Shown: piece by piece, positions 9,525 through 18,644 of the stretch
Position numbering within the stretch: position 1 is the stretch's first letter
How the letters are laid out: the number at the start of each line of letters is the position of its first letter
Notes under the pieces: generated by a model
The model's database searches: none
Told to the model about the DNA's origin: nothing
Seen by the model: only the letters and a program-made list of their open reading frames with translations
Assembly (NCBI GenBank): GCA_040767225.1
Contig: JAXGOY010000005.1
Location: 749 to 64,748 of the forward strand
Direction: 5' to 3'
Source: Candidatus Dojkabacteria bacterium
Lineage (GTDB): Bacteria > Patescibacteriota > Dojkabacteria > SC72
Length of the DNA stretch: 64,000 nt
Translations under genes and position numbers: made by a program

Positions 9525-10316
9525 TTAAAAAAACTTTTTTAAAAACTCTTTTGCTAAGTTATTATAAGCGAGTGCTCCTGTAGATTTCTCATCATATTGA
9601 AATATCGTTTTACCATGAGAAGGTGCTTCTGATAGTCTTACATTTCTTGGAACAATAGTGTTAAAGGAGAGGTCTTTAAAGAATTCTCTTACATCTTTTA
9701 CCACATTGAAAGAAAGTCTTGTTCTTGAGTCATACATAGTAAGTATTACACCGCCTAACTCTAATGATGGGTTTATACTTTTTACAAGTTTTGTTGTATT
9801 GATAAGCTGGCCTAAACCTTCTAGGGCAAAATATTCACACTGTATTGGTATTATTAAATTATCTCCTGCACACAGGCCATTAATAGTAAGAAGTCCAAGA
9901 GAGGGAGGACAGTCAATTATTGCAATATCAAAATCATTCTTTACATCAGTAAGTGCTTTTTTAAGCAGTGTTTCTCTTGACATCATACTTACCATTTCTA
10001 TTTCTGCTCCTGCAAGTGAAAGGTGAGATGGAACAAGAAAGAGGTTAGGAGTTGATGTCGAGACAAATACTGATCTGATTGGAATTGAATTTATTAACAC
10101 ATCATATATATTTTTGTATGGTGCTTGTTGATTTTTATTCCAGCTTTGCTTATCAAACTGTTTGGTGAACCCTATGCCTGATGAAAGATTAGATTGAGGG
10201 TCTAAGTCTACGAGTAGGACCCTTTTCCCTTGTTGTGCTATGGCTGCACCTAAATTAAGTACAGTAGTAGTTTTTCCTACCCCTCCTTTTTGATTAGCAA
10301 CAACAAAAGTTTTCAT
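9525..10316 (-). CDS. parA: ParA/Soj ATPase
   Basis: NQKGGVGKTT, DLDPQ, DCPPSLG. Confidence 0.96.
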   Translation of the reverse strand: MKTFVVANQKGGVGKTTTVLNLGAAIAQQGKRVLLVDLDPQSNLSSGIGFTKQFDKQSWNKNQQAPYKNIYDVLINSIPIRSVFVSTSTPNLFLVPSHLSLAGAEIEMVSMMSRETLLKKALTDVKNDFDIAIIDCPPSLGLLTINGLCAGDNLIIPIQCEYFALEGLGQLINTTKLVKSINPSLELGGVILTMYDSRTRLSFNVVKDVREFFKDLSFNTIVPRNVRLSEAPSHGKTIFQYDEKSTGALAYNNLAKEFLKKFF

Positions 10317-10351
10317 ATAATTAATTTACCATGTTTCACACACAGAGTCTA

Positions 10352-10951
10352 CTATTCATATGTCTCATGTTGTACAACACGAAATTCGCTAAATGGATAA
10401 TACACTATCCATGCTTTTCCTTTAATAGCACTTTTTTTAATTGGACCAAAATCTCTTGAGTCTGAACTATTTGTTCTGTTATCACCACATACAAAATATT
10501 CATCCTCTTTAAGTTTTATAGTTTGTCCTTCATGTAAATACGATCCTCCATTTGTAATTACAGAGGGGTCTAAATATGCAGATTCATCAAGAAGCTGTCC
10601 ATTAATATATATTTTTCCATCTTTTATCATTACCTCATCTCCTGGTACACCAATTATTCTTTTAATAAAGTCAGCAGTATCTGAGTATTTAAAGATAATA
10701 ACATCACCTCTTTTTGGTTCTGATACCCTATATGTTATTTTATTTGCCATTAAAAACTCACCATTTTTGTATGTTGGGTGCATTGAATTTCCTACAACTT
10801 CATGTGGGGTCATAATAAAGAGATATAGGACTATTGCCAATACAAGTGCAACAAGAATTGTTTCAATAAGGGAGTATATTGCTTTTCCTATTGAACCAAG
10901 AAACTTTGTTGCTTTTGGCTCATTGGACTCTGTTGTAGGAGCTTCGTACAT
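10352..10951 (-). CDS. lepB: Signal peptidase I
   Basis: GNSMHPT, FIKRIIG, GDNRTNSSDSR. Confidence 0.95.
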   Translation of the reverse strand: MYEAPTTESNEPKATKFLGSIGKAIYSLIETILVALVLAIVLYLFIMTPHEVVGNSMHPTYKNGEFLMANKITYRVSEPKRGDVIIFKYSDTADFIKRIIGVPGDEVMIKDGKIYINGQLLDESAYLDPSVITNGGSYLHEGQTIKLKEDEYFVCGDNRTNSSDSRDFGPIKKSAIKGKAWIVYYPFSEFRVVQHETYE

Positions 10952-10981
10952 TAAATTGGGGCATTAAATTATTTAAAAATC

Positions 10982-11054
10982 TACCGCTACGGGGAATCGA
11001 ACCCCGGTTTACAGGATGAAAACCTGCTGTCCTAGGCCACTAGACGATAGCGGC
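10982..11054 (-). tRNA. tRNA-Glu(TTC)
   Basis: Reverse complement GCCGCTA...TAGCGGT-A; anticodon loop TTTTCAT. Confidence 0.93.
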
Positions 11055-11072
11055 ATACGTCTAGTGATTTTA

Positions 11073-11315
11073 CTATACAGAAGGTTTTTTGTTAAGCTCT
11101 CTTAAGAACTGTTGCTCCTCCTGGAATGATGCTCTCTGGTATTCGTTTAACTCTTTATTATAAACATATCTTCTTTTACATTTACATTCAACGAGATCTC
11201 TTCGTTCAGATAGTTTCCCTAACTTTTTTGCTTTATCTAAAGATGCAGTACATCCTACACATAATCGTTTTTTAAGAAGAACTTTTTGGAATGAGGATAT
11301 AAATTTGGGTTTCAT
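11073..11315 (-). CDS. Small putative zinc-ribbon protein
   Basis: CVGC...CKC; fills the gap between two tRNAs. Confidence 0.6.
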   Translation of the reverse strand: MKPKFISSFQKVLLKKRLCVGCTASLDKAKKLGKLSERRDLVECKCKRRYVYNKELNEYQRASFQEEQQFLRELNKKPSV

Positions 11316-11339
11316 TTTTATTTAATCATAAATATTATA

Positions 11340-11424
11340 TGCCGAGAAGAGGACTCGAACCTCCAAGGGATATACTCCCACTTGCTCCTAAAGCAAGCGT
11401 GTCTGCCAGTTTCACCATCTCGGC
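11340..11424 (-). tRNA. tRNA-Leu(TAG)
   Basis: Reverse complement GCCGAGA...; anticodon arm CTTGC-TTTAGGA-GCAAG; long variable arm. Confidence 0.95.
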
Positions 11425-11466
11425 TTGTAGATATTTTACTAAAAAAGAGTATTTTATACAAAAGAT

Positions 11467-11763
11467 TTAACTATCTTGATCACTATCAAAGATTTTTCCA
11501 AACACCTTTACATATCCATTCTCTGTATATTTAGCATTCTTAAGTACATCCTCTTGAGTTAGAGATATCTCTGGTATATCTTCTCTTAACTGTGAAAAAG
11601 GAATATGTCTTTTCATAGGTTTAACATTATTAGTATTAATCTCTTGTAGTACTTTTGCACTATCAAGAATAGTTTGCATTTGAAGAGTAAACTTTTCTAG
11701 CTCTTCATCTGTAAGAGATATTCTGGATAATCTTGCAATATGTCTTAATGTTTTTTTATCCAT
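11467..11763 (-). CDS. gatC: Asp/Glu-tRNA amidotransferase subunit C
   Basis: HIARLSRI, LRED motifs; adjacent to gatB. Confidence 0.9.
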   Translation of the reverse strand: MDKKTLRHIARLSRISLTDEELEKFTLQMQTILDSAKVLQEINTNNVKPMKRHIPFSQLREDIPEISLTQEDVLKNAKYTENGYVKVFGKIFDSDQDS

Positions 11764-13267
11764 TCAACTTTTTTATTAAAATTGATTTTACTTTATTAGG
11801 ATCAGCACTCCCTTTTGTTTTCTGCATAACTTGACCAATTAAAAACCCTATTGTTGCTTCTTTTCCAGATTTATAATCATTAACAGCTTTAGAATTAGAA
11901 TTTATAACCTCATCTATGATGGAGTCTATATTATTTAAGGCTATATTACTTTCAGAAACTGTCTTTTCTATTAATTCTTTTAAGTCTTTATTATTTTGTA
12001 TAGATTCTCTAAGCAAACTCTCTGCTTTGTTTCTTGTTAGTGTCTTCTTCTCAAATTCTGTGATTAAAAGTGCAAGAGAGCTCTTTGGTATGTTCTTTTC
12101 ATTTATTTCTATCTTTTTATCATTTGATATTGCAAATACTGTACCAGTTATCCAATTAGATGCAGACTTAGCAGCTTTTTGTATAGGCATTGAAGATGAA
12201 AGAAGTGCAACAAGCTCTTCAAAATAGACAGAGATATCCCTATCAGCAACTAATACAGAACTATCGTAATCAGAGAGTTGATACTCCTTTTTATATCTTT
12301 CTTCTTTTTGGTCAGGGAGCTCAACAAGCTCATTTGATACTCTTTTTACATCATCAATAGAGATATCAATAATCGGAATATCTGGTTCAGGCATATATCT
12401 ATAATCATCAGCTGTTTCTTTTGACCTTTGAAACTCTGTTATACCTTTGTCTGCATTCCATCCTCTTGTTTGTTGGATTAATGTTTTTCCTTTCTCAAGC
12501 TCATCAACCATTCTTTTTACTTCATACTCTATTGATTTCTCAACAGCGGAAATAGAACCGATATTCTTAATTTCAGTTTTAGGATTTAACTTGTAATTAC
12601 CAATTGGTAAAATCTTGCCATCTAAGTATTTCCATTTTCCTTTCTCTTGTACAGAAATATTAGGTTCACATCTCATTTGTCCTTTTTCCATATCTGCATC
12701 AGAGATATTTAGATATCTAACAACTTGTCTGACCATTTCAGCAAACTTTCTAGCCTGATATGCACTTCTTATTTCTGGTTTTGTTACTATTTCGATTAGA
12801 GGAACTCCTGATTTGTTGTAGTCGATAAGGGAGTAGGCTGTACCATTCTGGTTATAATGGAGTAATTTTGCAACATCTTCTTCTTGATGAATTCTTTCAA
12901 TACCAACAGAGTATTTCTTTCCATCATTATCTTTTATTTCTAAATATCCATCTGAGCATATTGGTCTTTTATATTGGCTAATCTGATATCCTTTAGGAAG
13001 GTCAGGGTAAAAGTAGTGTTTCCTATCAAAATGTATTTCATCATCTATATCGCAGTGTAAAGCAAGACCAAGAAGTATACAAAGCTCAATTGCTCTTTTA
13101 TTGGGTACAGGTAAAGCCCCAGGTAGTCCTAAACATGTAGGGCAGACATGAGTATTAGGTTCTTGTTCAAAGTAGTGGGTAGGACATGAACAAAACATTT
13201 TACTTTTAGTATTGCTTTGAACATGTATTTCTAATCCAATTATTACATCATATTTTGAATTTTCCAT
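11756..13267 (-). CDS. gatB: Asp/Glu-tRNA amidotransferase subunit B
   Basis: IGLEIHVQ, YFYPDLPKGYQISQ, DYRYMPEPD; ATG at 13267 preferred as start. Confidence 0.96.
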   Translation of the reverse strand: MENSKYDVIIGLEIHVQSNTKSKMFCSCPTHYFEQEPNTHVCPTCLGLPGALPVPNKRAIELCILLGLALHCDIDDEIHFDRKHYFYPDLPKGYQISQYKRPICSDGYLEIKDNDGKKYSVGIERIHQEEDVAKLLHYNQNGTAYSLIDYNKSGVPLIEIVTKPEIRSAYQARKFAEMVRQVVRYLNISDADMEKGQMRCEPNISVQEKGKWKYLDGKILPIGNYKLNPKTEIKNIGSISAVEKSIEYEVKRMVDELEKGKTLIQQTRGWNADKGITEFQRSKETADDYRYMPEPDIPIIDISIDDVKRVSNELVELPDQKEERYKKEYQLSDYDSSVLVADRDISVYFEELVALLSSSMPIQKAAKSASNWITGTVFAISNDKKIEINEKNIPKSSLALLITEFEKKTLTRNKAESLLRESIQNNKDLKELIEKTVSESNIALNNIDSIIDEVINSNSKAVNDYKSGKEATIGFLIGQVMQKTKGSADPNKVKSILIKKLNG

Positions 13268-13305
13268 TGATAGTGATGATATCAATAATATGTATCTATA
13301 TCAAT

Positions 13306-14397
13306 TTACCCAAATATTTTAATTTCATTTTCAACTCTTTCCTGCTCTTTACTTTCTTCATCAGGGATAAAATAGTAAGAGCCTCTTCCTTCTCCTTTTT
13401 GAGATATGTATTTTTTATTAAGTAAATCCTGCAAATCTCTGTATCCAGTCATAAAGGACACACCCATCATTTTACTGTACTCTCGTCTTGTAATTTTAGG
13501 ATTATCACTAAGATACTCCATTACTTTAATTTGTCTAGAGTTTAAATCGTCTTTTAAGTTTCTCCTTATATCTAATCTTTTATCATACTCTTGTGTTACT
13601 CTCTTTGAAGTATCAATTACAGTAAGTGAAAGAGTATAAAGAATGGCTTCTATAAATATGGTTAAATCTCTCTTACTTTTAGCTAATTTGAATGCAGATT
13701 CTATATCCTCACTAATATCATTAAAAGCTTTTGATATTGGAATAATATTATGTGGATTAAGGCCATATGTTTTGCTTAAAACCTTAAAAGTATTAATTGC
13801 TGTAATCTGATTACCGCTATAAAAGGGGGCCTTATCGATAAACTCATACAGAAGGATAGATAACTGTATTAACTTATGTGTTCCACTAGAAGAGTTTATA
13901 ATCCATGAAAACATATCATTAAAATACTCTCTCATATCAAGATTGGGGTAATAATCTCTTAGTTTATACCATGTGTCATACAATTCATAAGGCTTCTCAG
14001 AGAATGTTTTTAATCTTCCTTCATCCCAGGGTTCTACAATTCCTTTTGTTAGAATTTTGTTTAAATGAGAAGAGAGTTCAATTGATGGTTTTAGTTTACT
14101 TTTTGCTGTGTAGGTATCAATAAAGTCTTGAGTGTTTTTGAAGTTTGTAAATATTCTTAATTTATTTTTGTAAGATGGTGTTACCTGTCCTCTTTGTACT
14201 GTTAATGCTTTATTGTATCCAATAGGGTAAGCAATAAACTCACCAAGTTTATCAATTTCCTCTGCCCTTATCTTTTCTCTTTCTTCTGAAAGTAGGGGGC
14301 TTGGTATAACTGTTTGTTTAATAGTTTGAATTGCTAATTCATATTTAACTATATAGTTGAGTATTAAATTTGTAATTGTATATTTTGGTATTTCCAT
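13306..14397 (-). CDS. Fic-like protein with C-terminal winged HTH; degenerate Fic motif
   Basis: PKYTIT N-terminus, APFYSGNQ in place of HPFxxGNGR, C-terminal LNSRQ...TGYRDLQDL...GEGRGSYY. Confidence 0.7.
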   Translation of the reverse strand: MEIPKYTITNLILNYIVKYELAIQTIKQTVIPSPLLSEEREKIRAEEIDKLGEFIAYPIGYNKALTVQRGQVTPSYKNKLRIFTNFKNTQDFIDTYTAKSKLKPSIELSSHLNKILTKGIVEPWDEGRLKTFSEKPYELYDTWYKLRDYYPNLDMREYFNDMFSWIINSSSGTHKLIQLSILLYEFIDKAPFYSGNQITAINTFKVLSKTYGLNPHNIIPISKAFNDISEDIESAFKLAKSKRDLTIFIEAILYTLSLTVIDTSKRVTQEYDKRLDIRRNLKDDLNSRQIKVMEYLSDNPKITRREYSKMMGVSFMTGYRDLQDLLNKKYISQKGEGRGSYYFIPDEESKEQERVENEIKIFG

Positions 14398-14415
14398 ACT
14401 GTTAATTTTTCTAAA

Positions 14416-14488
14416 AGCTGGTGGGCGGATTTGAACCGTCGGCCTGTCCCTTACGAAGGGAATGCTCTACCAACTGAGCTACACCAGC
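14416..14488 (-). tRNA. tRNA-Thr(CGT)
   Basis: Reverse complement GCTGGTG...CACCAGC; anticodon loop TTCGTAA. Confidence 0.92.
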
Positions 14489-14535
14489 AATTGTAACACT
14501 AATTGTAACAAATGGGTATTGATTATGCAAACAGC

Positions 14536-15057
14536 TTAATTTCCACGAGACAGCGATGCAGCACATCCACAGTTTGTTTTAAATAATCCTTCTTTAGCAT
14601 TCTTTGTTTTGTATCTTAAAAATTGTAATGTTTGATTATCTCTTGTTAAATACAATGTTCCTATCTTCCCATTTATTAATTGTAGGTTGTAGTAATCAGT
14701 AACATCATTAAAATCATCATATTCTACCTTTGTGACATAACTTTCTTGAGGAAAAATATTAAGAGTAAATAAATCTATATTTTCAGAGTTAATTTCTAAG
14801 ATATCCCTTCCTAATCTATCTTTATTTATCTTAAACGTAATAGATGCATTAGTATATCCTTTTAAATACCATGTTCCTAATATCTGCCACTCGTAAAAGG
14901 GCTTAGAATTTATGTTTTGGTCATAACTTTTTTCTTGTTTTTGTGTATCGGCAAATAAGTAATTAGTATGACTATTTATTAGAAGAAAGAATATAAAGAC
15001 TGAGAGAAATATGTAACATACTGTGTAAAAGTTTTTATTTTTATGCTTTTCTTTCAT
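14536..15057 (-). CDS. Hypothetical exported protein
   Basis: 173-aa ORF with N-terminal hydrophobic segment. Confidence 0.55.
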   Translation of the reverse strand: MKEKHKNKNFYTVCYIFLSVFIFFLLINSHTNYLFADTQKQEKSYDQNINSKPFYEWQILGTWYLKGYTNASITFKINKDRLGRDILEINSENIDLFTLNIFPQESYVTKVEYDDFNDVTDYYNLQLINGKIGTLYLTRDNQTLQFLRYKTKNAKEGLFKTNCGCAASLSRGN

Positions 15058-15068
15058 CTTATCGTGTT

Positions 15069-16067
15069 CTAACTATTTTTAATAATAAAGTTTATTAATT
15101 CTGTAAAGTTAATACCTTTTTCCTGTGCTTCTTTTGGTAGCAAAGAGTTATCAGTCATTCCAGGCAGAGTGTTTGTTTCCAAATAATATATGCAATGGTT
15201 CTTTATTAAAAAATCTGACCTGGAATATACACTGCATCCTAATATTTTGTGTATTTGTATCGTTACTCTTGAAATTTTATCAGAAAGTTGTTGAGAAATA
15301 TGTAAAGGAGGTGTTATTTCATTACAACTATTCTTTGTATATTTTGATTTATAGTCAAAAAATTGGCTATTTTTAGGTATTATCTCGATTGGTGGAAGTT
15401 TAATGAATGTTCCATTTTTCTTTTGGAGACATCCACAGCTTATCTCTATGTTATTTTTAATTATAGGTTGAATGATAAAATCTTCATTATTAGGGAATTG
15501 ATTAATTAAGAAGTTAAGAGAATATTTAAATTCTTTTTGATTTCTTATAAAAATAGTACCAATACTTGAGCCACCTTTATTTGGTTTAATGCATATATTT
15601 TCTTTTTTGTATTTATATTCCTTAGTAATACTGCCTAACGGAAGTAATTTTGTTTTTGGAATTTTTATTTCTTTAATTTGTTTTACAACCAATCCTGACC
15701 TATATTTGTCCATACAGAGAGCAGAAGCATTACTTTTAGAACCAGTAAATGGAATATTTAGAAATTCAAGAATAGATTGAAGCATTCCATCTTCTCCAAA
15801 CTTGCCATGTAATGCATTTATATTCATTCTCATATTTTTTAGTTTGATTACTTCTGTAAAAAAGTCTTTCATACTGTCTTCAGTAGGAATTTTTATCTTG
15901 TTTTTTGCTTTATACAGTAGAGCCTTTTTATTGGGGGAAATATAAAAGATAAAAGGAGTGTACTTCTCTTTATTTATATGTTTTAATATTGATTTTGCAG
16001 ATTCAATAGAGACATCATGTTCAGTTGAAATACCTCCACATAGGATAGATATGTTTTCCTTGTTCAT
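15069..16067 (-). CDS. ddl: D-alanine--D-alanine ligase
   Basis: GGISTEHDVS, LHGKFGEDG, GSSIG, FFDYKSKY, ETNTLPGMT. Confidence 0.95.
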   Translation of the reverse strand: MNKENISILCGGISTEHDVSIESAKSILKHINKEKYTPFIFYISPNKKALLYKAKNKIKIPTEDSMKDFFTEVIKLKNMRMNINALHGKFGEDGMLQSILEFLNIPFTGSKSNASALCMDKYRSGLVVKQIKEIKIPKTKLLPLGSITKEYKYKKENICIKPNKGGSSIGTIFIRNQKEFKYSLNFLINQFPNNEDFIIQPIIKNNIEISCGCLQKKNGTFIKLPPIEIIPKNSQFFDYKSKYTKNSCNEITPPLHISQQLSDKISRVTIQIHKILGCSVYSRSDFLIKNHCIYYLETNTLPGMTDNSLLPKEAQEKGINFTELINFIIKNS

Positions 16068-16109
16068 AGGTATATTTTACAATATTTGTTGAGAAAACAT
16101 TACAATGAA

Positions 16110-16183
16110 AGCGAGAGACGGGATTCGAACCCGCGACCTTCTCCTTGGGAAGGAGACATTCTAGCCAACTGAACTACTCTCGC
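16110..16183 (-). tRNA. tRNA-Gly(CCC)
   Basis: Reverse complement GCGAGAG...; anticodon arm TCTCC-TTCCCAA-GGAGA. Confidence 0.95.
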
Positions 16184-16228
16184 TAGTAGTAGAGATTCTA
16201 TTATTTTCTTGTTTAGAATACAAGATAT

Positions 16229-16582
16229 TTACAATATTGAAGACCTTATCTCATTCCAATCAGAGTTAAGCTTAGCTCCGATTTCTTTTGCTGTTTGTGC
16301 TGTTACATCTGAGTCATTCTTTATCTCATCTACAACTTGCATAACTAGTTTTTTGTAACCCTCAAAATCTATCTTCTTTCCTGCTTCTTTAATCTCTAGT
16401 AGCTTTGTTTCTACTTTTTTCCTTGCTTCTAGGTATTTACTTTGTGCTTTGTCTCCAACAGATAATGCAAATTTCTTAATCTCTTTTCTAGTCTTTTCTC
16501 CTGATTGAGGAGCAAGTAATAATCCAGCAACTGCACCTATTGTTGCTCCTACTAAAAAGCCTTTAAAGTAGTTGTCCTTCAT
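16229..16582 (-). CDS. YtxH domain protein
   Basis: GFLVGATIGAVAGLLLAPQSGEKTR. Confidence 0.88.
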   Translation of the reverse strand: MKDNYFKGFLVGATIGAVAGLLLAPQSGEKTRKEIKKFALSVGDKAQSKYLEARKKVETKLLEIKEAGKKIDFEGYKKLVMQVVDEIKNDSDVTAQTAKEIGAKLNSDWNEIRSSIL

Positions 16583-16636
16583 AATATATGTAGTGAATTA
16601 ATTTAAATATTATATATTTAATAATATATTACCATA

Positions 16637-16852
16637 TTACAATTTTAATTTCTTAATTAAAATGTAAGCTAGGGCAATAAAACAGAGAGGAGCTACAATT
16701 ATGATTATTATTTGGATTGTTGAAAGTGGTGCAACAGTAGTTTGAGCCTGTAACTCTTCTTCTACAGTTGTACTGTCTTGTGCAAAGATTGGGCTTACAA
16801 TAGAAGTAGCAAGAGAAAAAATAGTAAACATTGATATTAATATGTTTTTCAT
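16637..16852 (-). CDS. Small membrane protein (signal peptide plus C-terminal TM)
   Basis: MKNIL...PIFAQ signal-like sequence; C-terminal hydrophobic helix followed by KK. Confidence 0.55.
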   Translation of the reverse strand: MKNILISMFTIFSLATSIVSPIFAQDSTTVEEELQAQTTVAPLSTIQIIIIIVAPLCFIALAYILIKKLKL

Positions 16853-16875
16853 AGTAACATAATACATAGTTATAT

Positions 16876-17529
16876 ATGTTTTTACAAGATTTTATGATTA
16901 TTCCAGATATTAAATTAGAAGAAAAGCTGTGGAGGAGAGGTATAAAATATGTTGCTGGTATTGATGAGGCAGGTAGGGGTCCTTTGGCTGGTCCTGTGTG
17001 TGCCAGTGCTGTAATCATATCAAAAGAGAATGAGATTTCCGCTTTAGTAAGGGATAGTAAGACAATGAGTGAGAAACAGAGAGAAAAAGCATATGATTTT
17101 GTAATTCATAATTGTCTTGCATATGGAGTATGTATGATAAGTTCTAAAAAAATAGATAAGTTTGGTATTCAAGATGCAGTAAGGATGGCTATGGAGGGAG
17201 CACTTACGAATGCAGAGAGTATGTTAGGCAGGAGAGTAGATTATCTTATCATTGATGGTAATAATGTTGAATCAATAGAAGGGTACAGTGAGGAGAAGAT
17301 TAAAGATGGAGATGCACATCATTATTCAATTTCAGCAGCATCAATTATTGCAAAAGTAACTAGAGATAGATATATGAAGAATATGGCATTAAAATATCCT
17401 CTTTATGGTTTTGAAAGACATGTAGGATATGGTACTAGAGAGCACATAGAGGCTATTAAAAAGTATGGTATATGTCCTATACATAGAAGATCTTTTTCTC
17501 CTGTAAAAGAGATATATTGTAAAAAGTAA
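16876..17529 (+). CDS. rnhB: Ribonuclease HII
   Basis: GIDEAGRGPLAGP, DSK, AASIIAKVTRD, HRRSF. Confidence 0.96.
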   Translation: MFLQDFMIIPDIKLEEKLWRRGIKYVAGIDEAGRGPLAGPVCASAVIISKENEISALVRDSKTMSEKQREKAYDFVIHNCLAYGVCMISSKKIDKFGIQDAVRMAMEGALTNAESMLGRRVDYLIIDGNNVESIEGYSEEKIKDGDAHHYSISAASIIAKVTRDRYMKNMALKYPLYGFERHVGYGTREHIEAIKKYGICPIHRRSFSPVKEIYCKK

Positions 17530-17556
17530 TCAATGGGGGGTATAATCATGCTCATT

Positions 17557-17630
17557 GGGTCGCTAGCTCATCAGGTTAGAGCAACTGCCTTTTAAGCAGT
17601 AGGTGCTGGGTTCGAGTCCCAGGCGACTCA
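17557..17630 (+). tRNA. tRNA-Lys(TTT)
   Basis: Anticodon arm ACTGC-CTTTTAA-GCAGT; TTCGAG T-loop. Confidence 0.94.
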
Positions 17631-17729
17631 TTTTCTTTCTGTACTGATACTTTTTTCTCTGTTGCATTCTATTTTAATTTTTGTATACTATTAATAAGGT
17701 ATATTTAAATTATATAAAAGTATATAGAT

Positions 17730-18644
17730 ATGAAAAATACTGCACTTATAGTTATTATTGCTGTATTATCAGTATTGCTCATAGGCTTTGCATATGTTTC
17801 TCAAGATGAGGAAATTTGCTGTAAATACAGCCTTTGTGCAAATATAACGAAGAAATGTGAAGAGGTAAAAGAAGAGGCGAAAGGGACAGAAATAATTTCT
17901 GAGAAGGGTGTAAAAGTTAAGTTAGATAATATTAAGGAAGGTGATACAGTTGAGGTTGGATTTGAGGTTAAGGGAAGTGTAACTGGTAGCTGGTTTACAG
18001 AGGGTGTTTTTCCTGTAAGAGTTATTGAGAAAGAGACAAACTCTATTATTATAACCAATACTGCACGAGCTTCAGGTGAATGGCAGACAGCAGAGGATGT
18101 TCCATTTTCTTTCGTTATTGATGCTGAAATAGAAAAAGAGGGTCCCTTTATTTTAAGATTTGATAAAAGTAATCCTTCTGCACTTTCTGATAACTATGAT
18201 TATGCATCTTTAACAGTTAATTTAAAGCCTTACAAACCAGTAGAAGAGCCACAATCTGTAAACACCAAAATCTTTTTTGCTAATGTTAAGTTAAATGAGG
18301 AAACTGCAGATTGTAAAATAGTGTATCCTGTATCAAGATCTTTTCAAGATGCTGCTGGTATTGAAAAATTGGCATTAGAAGAGTTAATTAAGGGTCCTAC
18401 TGAGGAAGAAAAAGCTGAAGGGTATGTTTCAGAAATTAATCCTAATGCAAAAATATTAGGACTTTCAATTGAAGATGGAGTAGCAAGAGTAGATTTTAGT
18501 AAAGAGTTAGAAGAGGGTGTTGCAGGAAGTTGTAAGGTTGAATCAATTAGAGCTCAAATAGAAGAAACATTAAAACAGTTTGATAATATTGATTCTGTAG
18601 TTATCTCAGTGGAAGGTAAAGTAGAAGGAGTGCTTCAGCCTTAA
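17730..18644 (+). CDS. Gmad2 Ig-like plus GerMN domain protein
   Basis: WFTEGVFPV...NPS; ALEELIKGPT...VDFS...GSC...QIEETLKQF. Confidence 0.82.
   Translation: MKNTALIVIIAVLSVLLIGFAYVSQDEEICCKYSLCANITKKCEEVKEEAKGTEIISEKGVKVKLDNIKEGDTVEVGFEVKGSVTGSWFTEGVFPVRVIEKETNSIIITNTARASGEWQTAEDVPFSFVIDAEIEKEGPFILRFDKSNPSALSDNYDYASLTVNLKPYKPVEEPQSVNTKIFFANVKLNEETADCKIVYPVSRSFQDAAGIEKLALEELIKGPTEEEKAEGYVSEINPNAKILGLSIEDGVARVDFSKELEEGVAGSCKVESIRAQIEETLKQFDNIDSVVISVEGKVEGVLQP

Noticed and set aside
10332-10347. Possible parS site upstream of parA (TGTTTCAC...)
   Set aside because: Only the left half of TGTTTCACGTGAAACA matches; there is no palindrome.
483-16183. Near-identity of tRNA-Gly(GCC) and tRNA-Gly(CCC) as att sites or inversion ends
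   Set aside because: Both are complete isoacceptor tRNAs and the region between them is core housekeeping.
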